This document shows positions 23,906 to 32,000 of a DNA stretch of 32,000 nucleotides, one piece after another (position 1 is the first letter of the stretch; each line of letters opens with the position of its first letter). The translations under genes were made by a program, and so were the position numbers. The notes under the pieces were generated by a model. That model was given only the letters and a program-made list of their open reading frames with translations. It had not been told where the DNA came from and did no database searches. The DNA is from an uncultured Opitutales bacterium (GTDB lineage Bacteria; Verrucomicrobiota; Verrucomicrobiia; Opitutales; Intestinicryptomonadaceae): assembly GCA_934613415.1 (NCBI GenBank), contig CAKTSY010000005.1, positions 90,001 to 122,000 of the forward strand, in the 5' to 3' direction.

Positions 23906-24844
23906 CTATTGGCTATCCAAGCCAATATCTATCCACGGGGCTTGGTGCACAAGCGCGCCGCACGAGATAAAGTCGCAACCCAAAGTTGCCAACAAACCTA
24001 CGCTTTGCAGGTTTACGCCGCCCGAAATTTCAGTCCAGGCATTATCTTTTACTAAAGCGACCGCCTTTTTAATGTCTTCAACCGAAAAGTTGTCGAACAT
24101 TATAACGTCGGCCGAAGCTTCCAAAACGTAGGGAATTTGAGAAATGTCGTCTACTTCAACTTCAACCGCCAAGTCGGGGTTTAAATCCTTTGCCCTTCTT
24201 ACGGCATCGGCAAGTCTTTCGCCCTTCGACGAACCCGAAAATGCCAAGTGGTTGTCTTTTAGCATAACCCTATCGAAAAGCCCAATTCTGTGGTTGAATG
24301 CGCCGCCGCAGGCAACCGCATATTTCTCTAGCACTCTAAAGCAGGGAGTGGTTTTGCGGGTGTCTAGCAGCATTGTTTTAGAATTGCCCATAGCTGCCAC
24401 AAACTGAGCCGTATATGTTGCTATGCCCGACAAATGCTGCATAAAGTTTAGCAATATGCGTTCCGAGCGCAGCATTGTTTTTGCCGACCCTTCTATTATG
24501 CCAATCTTTTGTCCTTTTTCCAGAAAATCGCCGTCCTTTGCAAGGGGGGTAAATTTGCAGGCATCATCGGCAAACATTTTAAAATATTCGTCCATTACCA
24601 AAGCAACCAGGTTTACCCCACAAAGTTTCAGGGGCTTTCTGGCGCACAAGGCAGCCTTGGCATGGTAGTCTTTCGACAATATATCGGTTGTAGGGTCTGT
24701 AGCCTTATTCGGTTTTTCAACCAAGCCAAAGCCCGCAATGTCTTCAGATATTGCCGTTTTTATTATTGCCCTTATATCGGGTTCGGATATTTCGCCCCAG
24801 GTTAGGCGGCGAACCATATGTTTTAAAAATTTGTCGTTTTTCAT
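23906..24844 (-). CDS. nadC: Nicotinate-nucleotide pyrophosphorylase (quinolinate phosphoribosyltransferase)
   Basis: SERILLNFMQHLSGIAT, LDTRKTTPCFRVLEKYAVACGGAFNHRIGLFDRVMLKDNH and SGGV motifs. Start chosen at 24844 (MKNDKF), which forms an ATGA overlap with the upstream stop. Confidence 0.9.
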   Translation of the reverse strand: MKNDKFLKHMVRRLTWGEISEPDIRAIIKTAISEDIAGFGLVEKPNKATDPTTDILSKDYHAKAALCARKPLKLCGVNLVALVMDEYFKMFADDACKFTPLAKDGDFLEKGQKIGIIEGSAKTMLRSERILLNFMQHLSGIATYTAQFVAAMGNSKTMLLDTRKTTPCFRVLEKYAVACGGAFNHRIGLFDRVMLKDNHLAFSGSSKGERLADAVRRAKDLNPDLAVEVEVDDISQIPYVLEASADVIMFDNFSVEDIKKAVALVKDNAWTEISGGVNLQSVGLLATLGCDFISCGALVHQAPWIDIGLDSQ

Positions 24845-25599
24845 TCCGAGAAAAATTCTTCGCACGAAGCCGCATTTATGTTTACGCAAAGCGGTTTTTC
24901 GGGCAAATTTGCGCTTTCCATTTTGTAGGCGCCGCCCGCGCTTTTAACTAGCATAAGGCCCGCCGCAATATCCCACAAATTTATGCGCTTTTCTACATAG
25001 GCGTCTACCCTGCCGCTTGCAACATATGCCATAGAAATTGCAGCCGAGCCGCACATTCTTACCTTCTTAAATTTTTTTACGCGCGCAACAAAAGCCCTCA
25101 TTGTGGGTTCGTCGTAAACCGTAAGGCTTGGGAAGCCCGTCATAAGCACGGCCTGTTTTTGGTCTTTTGCCCAGTTTGGCGTTAAGGGCTTTCCGTTTAA
25201 ATATAGGCAGCTACCATCGTATGCCGAAAACAATTCGTTTCGGGTAAAGTCGTAAATTACGCCCACTTTGGGCGCATTGCCCTTCATAAGGGCTATGCTT
25301 ACGCAAACTACGGGGTAGCCCCTTAAAAAGTTAAAAGTTCCGTCTATTGGGTCTACAACCCAGTAGTAGCCGTCGTTTTCCATAGGCGAAGTATCTTTTT
25401 CAAGCTCTTCGCCAACAACGGGAATGTTCGAAACGGCAAGCAAATTGCGTATAAACTTTTCGCTTTCAATGTCTTCTTGCAACTTAACATCGTTGCCGGC
25501 GTCGCAGTTTACGGTTCGTTGAGTTATGCCGTTTAGCCTGTCGCCTGCCGCCTTTGCGGTTTGCACTGCAAGCGAATAAAGCTCTTTTATATCGTTCAT
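24841..25599 (-). CDS. Inositol monophosphatase family protein (SuhB/CysQ-like)
   Basis: [12 protein letters not shown] and [18 protein letters not shown] motifs. Start at 25599 (MNDIKELY), which forms an ATGA overlap with the kdsA stop. Confidence 0.85.
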   Translation of the reverse strand: MNDIKELYSLAVQTAKAAGDRLNGITQRTVNCDAGNDVKLQEDIESEKFIRNLLAVSNIPVVGEELEKDTSPMENDGYYWVVDPIDGTFNFLRGYPVVCVSIALMKGNAPKVGVIYDFTRNELFSAYDGSCLYLNGKPLTPNWAKDQKQAVLMTGFPSLTVYDEPTMRAFVARVKKFKKVRMCGSAAISMAYVASGRVDAYVEKRINLWDIAAGLMLVKSAGGAYKMESANLPEKPLCVNINAASCEEFFSE

Positions 25600-26393
25600 A
25601 GCGCGTGTTTTATTGCCAAGCACGAAACAATTAAAGCCTCTAATTTAGAAAGCTCTAGCTGCGTTGCAGAATCGGAAATAGCCTTTTCGGGGTTCGGGTG
25701 CGTTTCTATAAACAAGCCGTTTGCGCCGGCGGCAACTGCCGCTTTTGCCAAACAGGGCACAAAACGCCTGTCGCCCGAACTTTGCCCGTTGCCTGCCCCC
25801 GGTAGCTGTACCGAATGCGTTGCATCGAACACAACTGGGGTATTGTTTTCCGCCATAATTGTAAACGAGCGCATATCTACAACCAAATTCTGGTAGCCGA
25901 AAGACGAACCCCTTTCGGTCTGCCAAATTTCGCTCGCATTTGCGTCTCTTAGTTTCGAAACAACATACTTCATTTCGTACGGCGAAAGGAACTGCCCTTT
26001 TTTTACGTTCACTGCCCTGCCCGTTTTCGCGGCGGCTACAAGCAAATCGGTTTGGCGGCACAAAAATGCGGGTATTTGCAAAGCGTCGCAAACTTCGCCT
26101 ACCTGTTTGCACTGGCAAGATTCGTGCACATCGGTAATTACCGGCAGCGAAAATTCTTTTTTTACGTCCGCCAAAATTTCAAGCCCAAGCTGCATACCCG
26201 TACCGCGGTTGCCTTTAATGCTTGTACGGTTTGCCTTGTCGAAACTGCCCTTAAAGAGCACCGTTAGTTCGTTTTTATATTTACGGGCAATTTCGGCAAC
26301 GGTTTCGGCAACTTTAAAACTAAGGTCTTTGCTTTCAAGCGAGCAAGGCCCTGCAATAAGCAGCATTTTGTTTGAATTGGCGTCGAAAATCAT
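25596..26393 (-). CDS. kdsA: 3-deoxy-8-phosphooctulonate synthase (KDO-8-P synthase)
   Basis: 265-aa [45 protein letters not shown] and [12 protein letters not shown] are diagnostic KdsA blocks. Confidence 0.95.
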   Translation of the reverse strand: MIFDANSNKMLLIAGPCSLESKDLSFKVAETVAEIARKYKNELTVLFKGSFDKANRTSIKGNRGTGMQLGLEILADVKKEFSLPVITDVHESCQCKQVGEVCDALQIPAFLCRQTDLLVAAAKTGRAVNVKKGQFLSPYEMKYVVSKLRDANASEIWQTERGSSFGYQNLVVDMRSFTIMAENNTPVVFDATHSVQLPGAGNGQSSGDRRFVPCLAKAAVAAGANGLFIETHPNPEKAISDSATQLELSKLEALIVSCLAIKHAL

Positions 26394-26396
26394 AAT

Positions 26397-27995
26397 CTAC
26401 TTTTTTGCTTTTTCTATTGCGGCGGCAACAAAGTCTAAAAATAGCGGGTGCGGCTTGCTGGGTTTCGACTGAAATTCGGGGTGGAACTGCACGCCCGTCA
26501 TCCACGGGTGGTCTTTTACCTCTACAATTTCCACCAAGTCGGCTTCGGGGTTTACGCCCGCAATAACAAGACCTGCGTCTGTTAAAGCTTTTTTGTAGCT
26601 ATTGTTAAATTCGAACCTGTGCCTGTGGCGTTCAGAGATTTCGGAAGCTCCGTACAGCTTTGCCGTACGCGTGCCCTCGGTAAGCTTGCATTTATAGGCC
26701 CCCAAGCGCATTGTAGCTCCCTTTTGGGTAACCTTCTTTTGCGCTTCCATTAAATCTATAACTGGATTCTTTGTAAGGGGGTTAAATTCGGCGCTGTCGG
26801 CGTCTTTAATGCCGAGAACGTCTCTTGCATATTCTATGACCAAAATCTGCATACCCAAACATATTCCGAAATACGGAATTTTGTTTTCGCGCGCAAACTT
26901 TGCCGCCATAATTTTGCCCTCTATGCCCCTGTCGCCGAAACCGCCGGGGATAAGTATGCCATCTACATTCGACAGATATTTTTCGGCGCCGTCCTTTTCG
27001 ATTGCTTCGGAATCTACCCTAACAATCTTAACTTTGCAGGCGTTGCCTATGCCCGCGTGTGTGATAGATTCGTAAATAGATTTGTAGGCGTCTTGCAGCT
27101 CTATATATTTGCCTACAACCGCTATTGTGCAGGCGCTTTTGGGGAATTTTATGCGGTGTATAATGTCGCGCCATTTCGACATATCCGGCTCGTTGCACTT
27201 AATGCCCAGCTTTTTAACTACAAGCTCGTCCATTTTTTCTTCCGCCAAAACAAGGGGAAGCTCGTAAATCGAGGTTTCAACGTCCATCTCCTCGATAACG
27301 GCGGCAGGCTCTACATTGCAAAATAGCGAAAGCTTTTGGCGCATATCTTCGCTAATTGGGTGCTCGGTTCTGCAAACCAAAATGTCGGGCTGAATGCCGA
27401 TTTCCCTAAGCTTTGCAACGCTCTGCTGCGAGGGCTTTGTTTTAAGCTCGCCTGCTGCCTTAAGGTATGGAATTAGAGTAACGTGAACAAACAAAACGTT
27501 TTCCTTGCCAACTTCCAGGCTAAACTGACGCAAAGCTTCTAGGAATGGAAGCCCTTCTATGTCGCCGGTAGTTCCGCCCAATTCGGTAATGAGAATGTCG
27601 GCATCGCCGCCGCCTTCGTATATGCGACGCTTAATTTCGTTCGTTACATGGGGAATAACCTGAACGGTTTTGCCCAAATAGTCGCCGTTGCGCTCTTTTT
27701 GTATTACCCTTTCGTAAATCTTGCCCGAAGATACGCTGTTCGACTTGCAAAGAACGGAATTTGTAAATCTTTCGTAGTGGCCCAAGTCAAGGTCGGTTTC
27801 GGCGCCGTCGTCTAAAACATATACTTCGCCGTGTTGAAAGGGACTCATTGTGCCGGGGTCTACATTAAGGTAAGGGTCGAATTTCTGAATGCGAACCTTT
27901 AAGTTTCTAGACTCTAACACGGCACCCAAAGACGCCGACGTAAGCCCCTTGCCCAACGATGATACAACTCCGCCTGTGATAAAAATGTACTTCAT
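26397..27995 (-). CDS. pyrG: CTP synthase
   Basis: [17 protein letters not shown] start at 27995. The glutamine amidotransferase half carries GICLGMQ and the HRHRFEFN-type motif. The 22-codon upstream extension in the ORF track is not conserved-looking. Confidence 0.97.
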   Translation of the reverse strand: MKYIFITGGVVSSLGKGLTSASLGAVLESRNLKVRIQKFDPYLNVDPGTMSPFQHGEVYVLDDGAETDLDLGHYERFTNSVLCKSNSVSSGKIYERVIQKERNGDYLGKTVQVIPHVTNEIKRRIYEGGGDADILITELGGTTGDIEGLPFLEALRQFSLEVGKENVLFVHVTLIPYLKAAGELKTKPSQQSVAKLREIGIQPDILVCRTEHPISEDMRQKLSLFCNVEPAAVIEEMDVETSIYELPLVLAEEKMDELVVKKLGIKCNEPDMSKWRDIIHRIKFPKSACTIAVVGKYIELQDAYKSIYESITHAGIGNACKVKIVRVDSEAIEKDGAEKYLSNVDGILIPGGFGDRGIEGKIMAAKFARENKIPYFGICLGMQILVIEYARDVLGIKDADSAEFNPLTKNPVIDLMEAQKKVTQKGATMRLGAYKCKLTEGTRTAKLYGASEISERHRHRFEFNNSYKKALTDAGLVIAGVNPEADLVEIVEVKDHPWMTGVQFHPEFQSKPSKPHPLFLDFVAAAIEKAKK

Positions 27996-28172
27996 AAACG
28001 GGGAACAATTTAAATCGCATAACGGGGGGTGTTGGCAACCTTTTTCGGAACAAACAGCCAAAAAAATTTATTTTTGCACTATTTTTATGAAAAGACTTGA
28101 CGTACATAAAAAATAAAGCACTCTTGTAATTCTTTTCTCTTTGGAGAAGTTGAAGGAGGTGAACCTAACACA

Positions 28173-28373
28173 ATGGCAATAGAATTAAAAATCCGCAAGG
28201 GTGAAGCTATGGAAAAAGTGCTTCGCAGGCTCAAGAAAAAGCTCGACCGCGAAGGCATTATCCGCGACGCTCGTCAGAAGCGCTATTTTGAAAAGCCCTG
28301 CGAAGTAAGGCGCCGCAAGCGCAAGGTTGCAGCTTTCAACAATATGTTGCGTCAGCGTTACGAAAACCGCTAA
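28173..28373 (+). CDS. rpsU: 30S ribosomal protein S21
   Basis: 66-aa basic protein (..LRRLKKKLDREGIIRDARQKRYFEKPCEVRRRKR..). Strong GGAGGTG Shine-Dalgarno sequence about 10 nt upstream. Confidence 0.95.
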   Translation: MAIELKIRKGEAMEKVLRRLKKKLDREGIIRDARQKRYFEKPCEVRRRKRKVAAFNNMLRQRYENR

Positions 28374-28386
28374 TGCAATTAAAAAC

Positions 28387-28414
28387 GCCCCTTTTTCAAC
28401 AAAGGGGCTTTTTT
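28387..28414 (+). terminator. Rho-independent terminator after rpsU
   Basis: Stem gccccttt/aaaggggc with a 6-nt loop, followed by TTTTTT. Confidence 0.75.
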
Positions 28415-28556
28415 GTGCCCTAATTTTGCCTCTATTTGCAACACGGCAAAAATCGGGCAGCTACCCTCCCCATTTTTCGGGCAAAATTGCCCCCAAGCCT
28501 TATTTGTTGACACGCAACAAGCTTTTATGATTTAATTTGCGGAAAATATACAAGAT

Positions 28557-29063
28557 ATGGAAAAGTTGCACTCATATTGGAGAATGCCCTACATAGACGC
28601 CCCCAAGGAAGAGGGGCAAGGCCACAAAAACCCTTTTGTGGAAATTCCCAAAACAAAAGATAAAAAAAGCGTACACCTTATCTGGAAGGGGAAATATTGC
28701 TATATAGTAATGAACAAGTTTCCCTACAACTGCGGGCATTTGCTTGTTATTCCGCTTAGGCAGGTATCGAAAATGTCCGATTTAAAAAAGGCGGAAAAGG
28801 CAGAATATTTCGACGCTATAATTTTGGCGCAGGAAATTTTAACAAAGGCAATGAAACCCGACGGCTTTAATGTGGGCTTTAACTTGGGCTCGAAAGCCGG
28901 AGCTGGCATACCCCAGCACCTGCACTGCCACGTTGTGCCCCGTTGGGACGGCGACACAAACTTTATGCCCGTTATAGCAAACACTAAGGTTTTGCCCGAA
29001 TCTATGGACTTTTTGTGGGAAAGGCTTATGAAAGCCTTAAAAGCCCTGCAAAAAAAGAAATAG
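28557..29063 (+). CDS. HIT family nucleotide hydrolase/transferase
   Basis: Histidine triad QHLHCHVVPRW, preceded by the NKFPYNCGHLLVIP nucleotide-binding segment. Confidence 0.85.
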   Translation: MEKLHSYWRMPYIDAPKEEGQGHKNPFVEIPKTKDKKSVHLIWKGKYCYIVMNKFPYNCGHLLVIPLRQVSKMSDLKKAEKAEYFDAIILAQEILTKAMKPDGFNVGFNLGSKAGAGIPQHLHCHVVPRWDGDTNFMPVIANTKVLPESMDFLWERLMKALKALQKKK

Positions 29064-29066
29064 CCA

Positions 29067-30041
29067 ATGTACGAACAAACCCTTACATTTCAAAGCCCGA
29101 GGGTGCTTTCCCAGCTATACGGGAACAACCCCAAAAACCTTTTGCTTGCCGAAAAAACTTTTTCGGCAACGCTTGCGTCTAGAGACGACTGGCTGAAAAT
29201 AGATTCCGACAAGCCCGAGAACGCCGAATTGGCGGCGCGCTTTTTTAACGCACTAAACACCGCACAAAAACAGGGGCTTAGGATTTCCGATTCAGATTTT
29301 AAAAATTTGCTGGAAAAATCTGTTTCGGGCAAAATGGGCGAAATAGAAGAGCTTTTCGGCAACCCGCTTAAAATTTCACTAAAGCGCAAAAGCATAGTTC
29401 CCAAAAACATAAATCAAAAAAAATATCTGCAAGCCATAGCAGAAAACGACATTGTTATAGGAATTGGCCCCGCAGGAACGGGCAAAAGCTATCTGGCGGT
29501 AGCTTCGGCGGTTAAGTCGTTGTTAGACGGCAAAATAGAAAAGATAATACTTACAAGGCCGGCCGTAGAAGCAGGCGAAGCCCTTGGCTTTTTGCCGGGA
29601 GATTTGCAGGAAAAGCTGCTGCCTTATTTGCGCCCTTTATACGACGCTCTATACGATATGCTAGGCTACGAAGAAACTACCCTTCTTACCGAAAAGCGCA
29701 TTATAGAAATTGCCCCCCTAGCCTATATGCGCGGCAGAACGCTGGCAAACGCCTACATAATTTTAGACGAAGCGCAAAATACTACAATGGAACAAATGCT
29801 TATGTTCCTTACCCGCCTCGGCGAAAATTCGCGCATGGTTGTTACGGGCGACATAACCCAAATAGACTTGCCAAAACACAAAAAATCGGGTTTAAAAGGC
29901 GCGGTTGAAGTTTTAACCGGCATAGACGATATTTGCGTTTTCAAGTTCGAAAGCGGCGATGTTGTAAGACACCGCCTTGTAACAAAAATAATACAAGCCT
30001 ACGAAGCCAAAGGCAAAGATTTGTGGCTAAGAAATGATTAG
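29067..30041 (+). CDS. phoH: PhoH-like ATPase
   Basis: Walker A GPAGTGKSYLAV, ILTRPAVEAGEALGFLPGDL, Walker B IILDEAQN, VVTGDITQIDLP. Confidence 0.95.
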   Translation: MYEQTLTFQSPRVLSQLYGNNPKNLLLAEKTFSATLASRDDWLKIDSDKPENAELAARFFNALNTAQKQGLRISDSDFKNLLEKSVSGKMGEIEELFGNPLKISLKRKSIVPKNINQKKYLQAIAENDIVIGIGPAGTGKSYLAVASAVKSLLDGKIEKIILTRPAVEAGEALGFLPGDLQEKLLPYLRPLYDALYDMLGYEETTLLTEKRIIEIAPLAYMRGRTLANAYIILDEAQNTTMEQMLMFLTRLGENSRMVVTGDITQIDLPKHKKSGLKGAVEVLTGIDDICVFKFESGDVVRHRLVTKIIQAYEAKGKDLWLRND

Positions 30042-32000
30042 AAAAAGAAAACATTCAAAAAAGCCCCTGCTAACAACGGCGGCAAAATCGGTTATTTTCA
30101 AGAAGAAAACGCTTCTCGGCGTTTTGTTTGTAATACTAACTTCCATTGTTTGCGACACGATATGCTTTTTCGGGAATTCGAGAACGCAGGCGCAGTTTGT
30201 AATAAACCGCCCCGACAATTCCCCCATTATATCGACAATAAACTTTTCGTATACAAGCGACATTATCACAAAAAAGAGGCGCGACCAAAACGCCGATATG
30301 ATTGTCCCTTCGTACAAGATAGACGAAAAGTCGCTTAACGATTTCGACACGGCAATTAACGCCCTTTTAAAAGAATTTGGCGAAATAGAAAAAAGCTATG
30401 CGAAGTTGTCGGCGGAACAAAAAACGCAGTCGAAAACCTACGACGACTTTGCCGAAACTTTAAGGAAAACCGCAAGGGTAAATATAAACCCCGCCGATTT
30501 GCAGATTATTCTTGAAAACACGAACGACGACGACTTTGCCAAAAAGTTCAAATACGCGGCATTCCCCTGCAAAAACATATTAAAAAGCGGCGTTTACGCC
30601 GATTCAGACCCGACTTTTACCTCGAAAGCGGCGTCGAACATAAATTTTGCAAACATAGACGGCAAGCGAAGCGAGTCGCAGGCAAGGCGCGAGCTTAGGC
30701 GCAACATAAATGCCATAGGCTATAACGAGAATCTTTCGCACGCGCTCTTTAGGGTGTTTTCTAATATGATTCGCCCGAACATTGCCTACGACGAAGAAAC
30801 CACAGTAAAAAATAAAACCGAGGCGAGAAACGCCGTAAAACCCGTTGTTGTTCAGGTAAAAGAAGGCGATATTATAGCCGAGTCTACAAAAGACATTCTG
30901 CCGCTTGTTCAGGAAAAAATAATAGAGTATCGCAAGGCGCTTGCGGCCGCCAAAAAGGCTTCCGACAAGATGGGGCTTGGCTCGCTTAGCAATTTTACAA
31001 TTTCGATATTCCTAATTTCGGCTGCGGCCTTGTTTATAACAGTTAGCAAAAACCCGAAAAGCAAAAGAAAGCAGACAATTTTTTCGTTTGTAACTTTGCT
31101 TATATTAAACCTTTTGTTTATAAGATTTTTTATAGACTTTACCGAAAAGGCAACGCTTTTGGGATCGTCTAGCCTTGTGTATTTTGCATATGCTTTGCCC
31201 GTGCTTATAGGCCCCGTAATTCAGGCTTTGATTGCAACGGCGTATACGGGGTTTGTGCTTTCGCTTATGCTATGCGCGTTTTCGACCATAATGATAGGCG
31301 AAAGCTTAGAGTTCTTTATAATAGCATTTATTGCAACGCTTGCCTCGGTTTACGCCTGCGAAAAGGCAACATCTAGAAACAGGATAATGTGGAGCTGCTT
31401 CTTTTCGGGCGTAATAGTAAGTTTGGGTTGCCTTTTTACAAATATGGCAGAAAACGAAAATTTAGAGACAATTGCAATACAGTCGCTAAACGCGGTTATT
31501 GTCGGCTTTGTTTCGGGGCTTATAATTTTGGGCGTGTTGCGCTGGTTCGAGCAAATGTTCGATTCGTGTTCCAACATTACGCTTTTCGGGCTTAGCGACT
31601 ATTCTAACAACCTTTTAAGCGAGCTGCAAAGAGACGCGCCCGGAACCTTTTTGCACAGCATAATGGTTTCGCAACTGGCAGAACGAGCCGCCAAGGAAAT
31701 AAAGGCAAACTATATGCTTTGCAGGGTTGGCGCGCTTTACCACGACATTGGCAAAATAACAAAACCGCACTTTTTCTCTGAAAACCAAAGAGGTATGGAC
31801 AACCCCCACGACGGACAAAGCCCGTCCATGTCGGCGTTGATAATTAAAAACCACATATCCGAAGGCAGGGAAAAGGCCGAAGACAACAATTTGCCGCGCC
31901 AAATTTGCGACATAATTCAGCAGCACCACGGCACTTCTATAATCAGCTATTTCTACGCAAAAGCGCAAAAGGCGGTTGCCGAAACAAAGCAAAGCAACCT
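30034..32000 (+). CDS. 7TM-receptor/HD (HDIG) domain membrane phosphohydrolase, PgpH/YqfF-like; 3' end runs off the window
   Basis: The ATG at 30034 overlaps the phoH stop by 8 nt. My translation gives an extracytoplasmic N-domain, about 7 hydrophobic segments (31000-31560), then the HD domain HSIMVSQLAERAA..GALYHDIGK..IIKNHISEG..IIQQHHG. It is absent from the ORF track because no stop lies in the window. The phoH-7TM-HD order is a conserved arrangement. Confidence 0.9.
   Translation, partial: MIRKRKHSKKPLLTTAAKSVIFKKKTLLGVLFVILTSIVCDTICFFGNSRTQAQFVINRPDNSPIISTINFSYTSDIITKKRRDQNADMIVPSYKIDEKSLNDFDTAINALLKEFGEIEKSYAKLSAEQKTQSKTYDDFAETLRKTARVNINPADLQIILENTNDDDFAKKFKYAAFPCKNILKSGVYADSDPTFTSKAASNINFANIDGKRSESQARRELRRNINAIGYNENLSHALFRVFSNMIRPNIAYDEETTVKNKTEARNAVKPVVVQVKEGDIIAESTKDILPLVQEKIIEYRKALAAAKKASDKMGLGSLSNFTISIFLISAAALFITVSKNPKSKRKQTIFSFVTLLILNLLFIRFFIDFTEKATLLGSSSLVYFAYALPVLIGPVIQALIATAYTGFVLSLMLCAFSTIMIGESLEFFIIAFIATLASVYACEKATSRNRIMWSCFFSGVIVSLGCLFTNMAENENLETIAIQSLNAVIVGFVSGLIILGVLRWFEQMFDSCSNITLFGLSDYSNNLLSELQRDAPGTFLHSIMVSQLAERAAKEIKANYMLCRVGALYHDIGKITKPHFFSENQRGMDNPHDGQSPSMSALIIKNHISEGREKAEDNNLPRQICDIIQQHHGTSIISYFYAKAQKAVAETKQSN

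Noticed and set aside
24845-24889. Longer N-termini for nadC (24889) and the IMPase gene (25623)
   Set aside because: The internal ATGs at 24844 and 25599 create ATGA stop/start overlaps with the upstream genes, a classic coupling signature. The extensions would overlap the upstream coding sequence.
25645-26118. 157-aa minus-strand ORF overlapping kdsA in another frame
   Set aside because: kdsA motifs unambiguously occupy the other frame. This ORF is Arg-rich out-of-frame noise.
27996-28061. 22-codon N-terminal extension of pyrG ([22 protein letters not shown])
   Set aside because: CTP synthases start at MxKYIFVTGG. The extension is Cys-rich, looks non-conserved, and would run into the promoter region.
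28327-28530. 67-aa ORF downstream of rpsU
   Set aside because: It overlaps the rpsU 3' end and runs straight through the rpsU terminator hairpin. It has no motifs.
28507-28536. Sigma70-like promoter TTGACA-18 nt-TTTAAT upstream of the HIT gene, and an extra TTTGCGGA copy at 28535-28542
   Set aside because: The 18-nt spacing is suboptimal and the promoter consensus of this taxon is unknown. A single 8-mer copy is within chance expectation.
1-32000. CRISPR arrays, tRNA/rRNA genes, IS elements or integrases
   Set aside because: I found no regularly spaced short repeats, no cloverleaf-compatible sequence in intergenic regions of sufficient length (5041-5164, 6771-6975, 16292-16512, 17639-17813, 23717-23905, 28062-28172, 28415-28556), and no transposase- or integrase-like ORF.

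Overview
Chromosomal window from a bacterium with a Gram-negative-type envelope (kdsA is present). The taxon cannot be assigned from sequence alone. The standard genetic code applies, and TGA is used as a stop. Left third: a partial class-II Fic gene, then a minus-strand aryl-pyruvate fermentation operon (iorA-iorB-paaK-ACT), then LysM, Nudix and DUF721 genes. The middle (about 6.9-16.3 kb) is accessory. It holds an Rhs/YD-repeat polymorphic-toxin gene with a Sec signal, interrupted by one in-frame TGA and ending in a Gly/Ser-rich C-terminal domain. Downstream of it, in order: a small putative immunity gene; an orphan rhs core-tail fused to an alternative toxin domain (frameshifted, partly invisible to the ATG-based ORF track) with its own putative immunity gene; a truncated esterase remnant; a second copy of the small immunity-like gene; two tandem secreted alpha/beta-hydrolases; and an O-antigen-ligase-family membrane protein. 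Right half: NYN/YacP-like gene plus coaB, a three-gene envelope operon (1071-aa TPR protein, TPR-like protein, TM + degenerate vWA protein), housekeeping pyrG-kdsA-IMPase-nadC on the minus strand, then rpsU, HIT, phoH and a 7TM-HD (PgpH/YqfF-like) gene that runs off the right edge. I recognised no rRNA, tRNA, CRISPR array, transposase or integrase. The best candidate for something undescribed is the Rhs island: I cannot place its toxin C-terminal domains or its putative immunity proteins in any named family.
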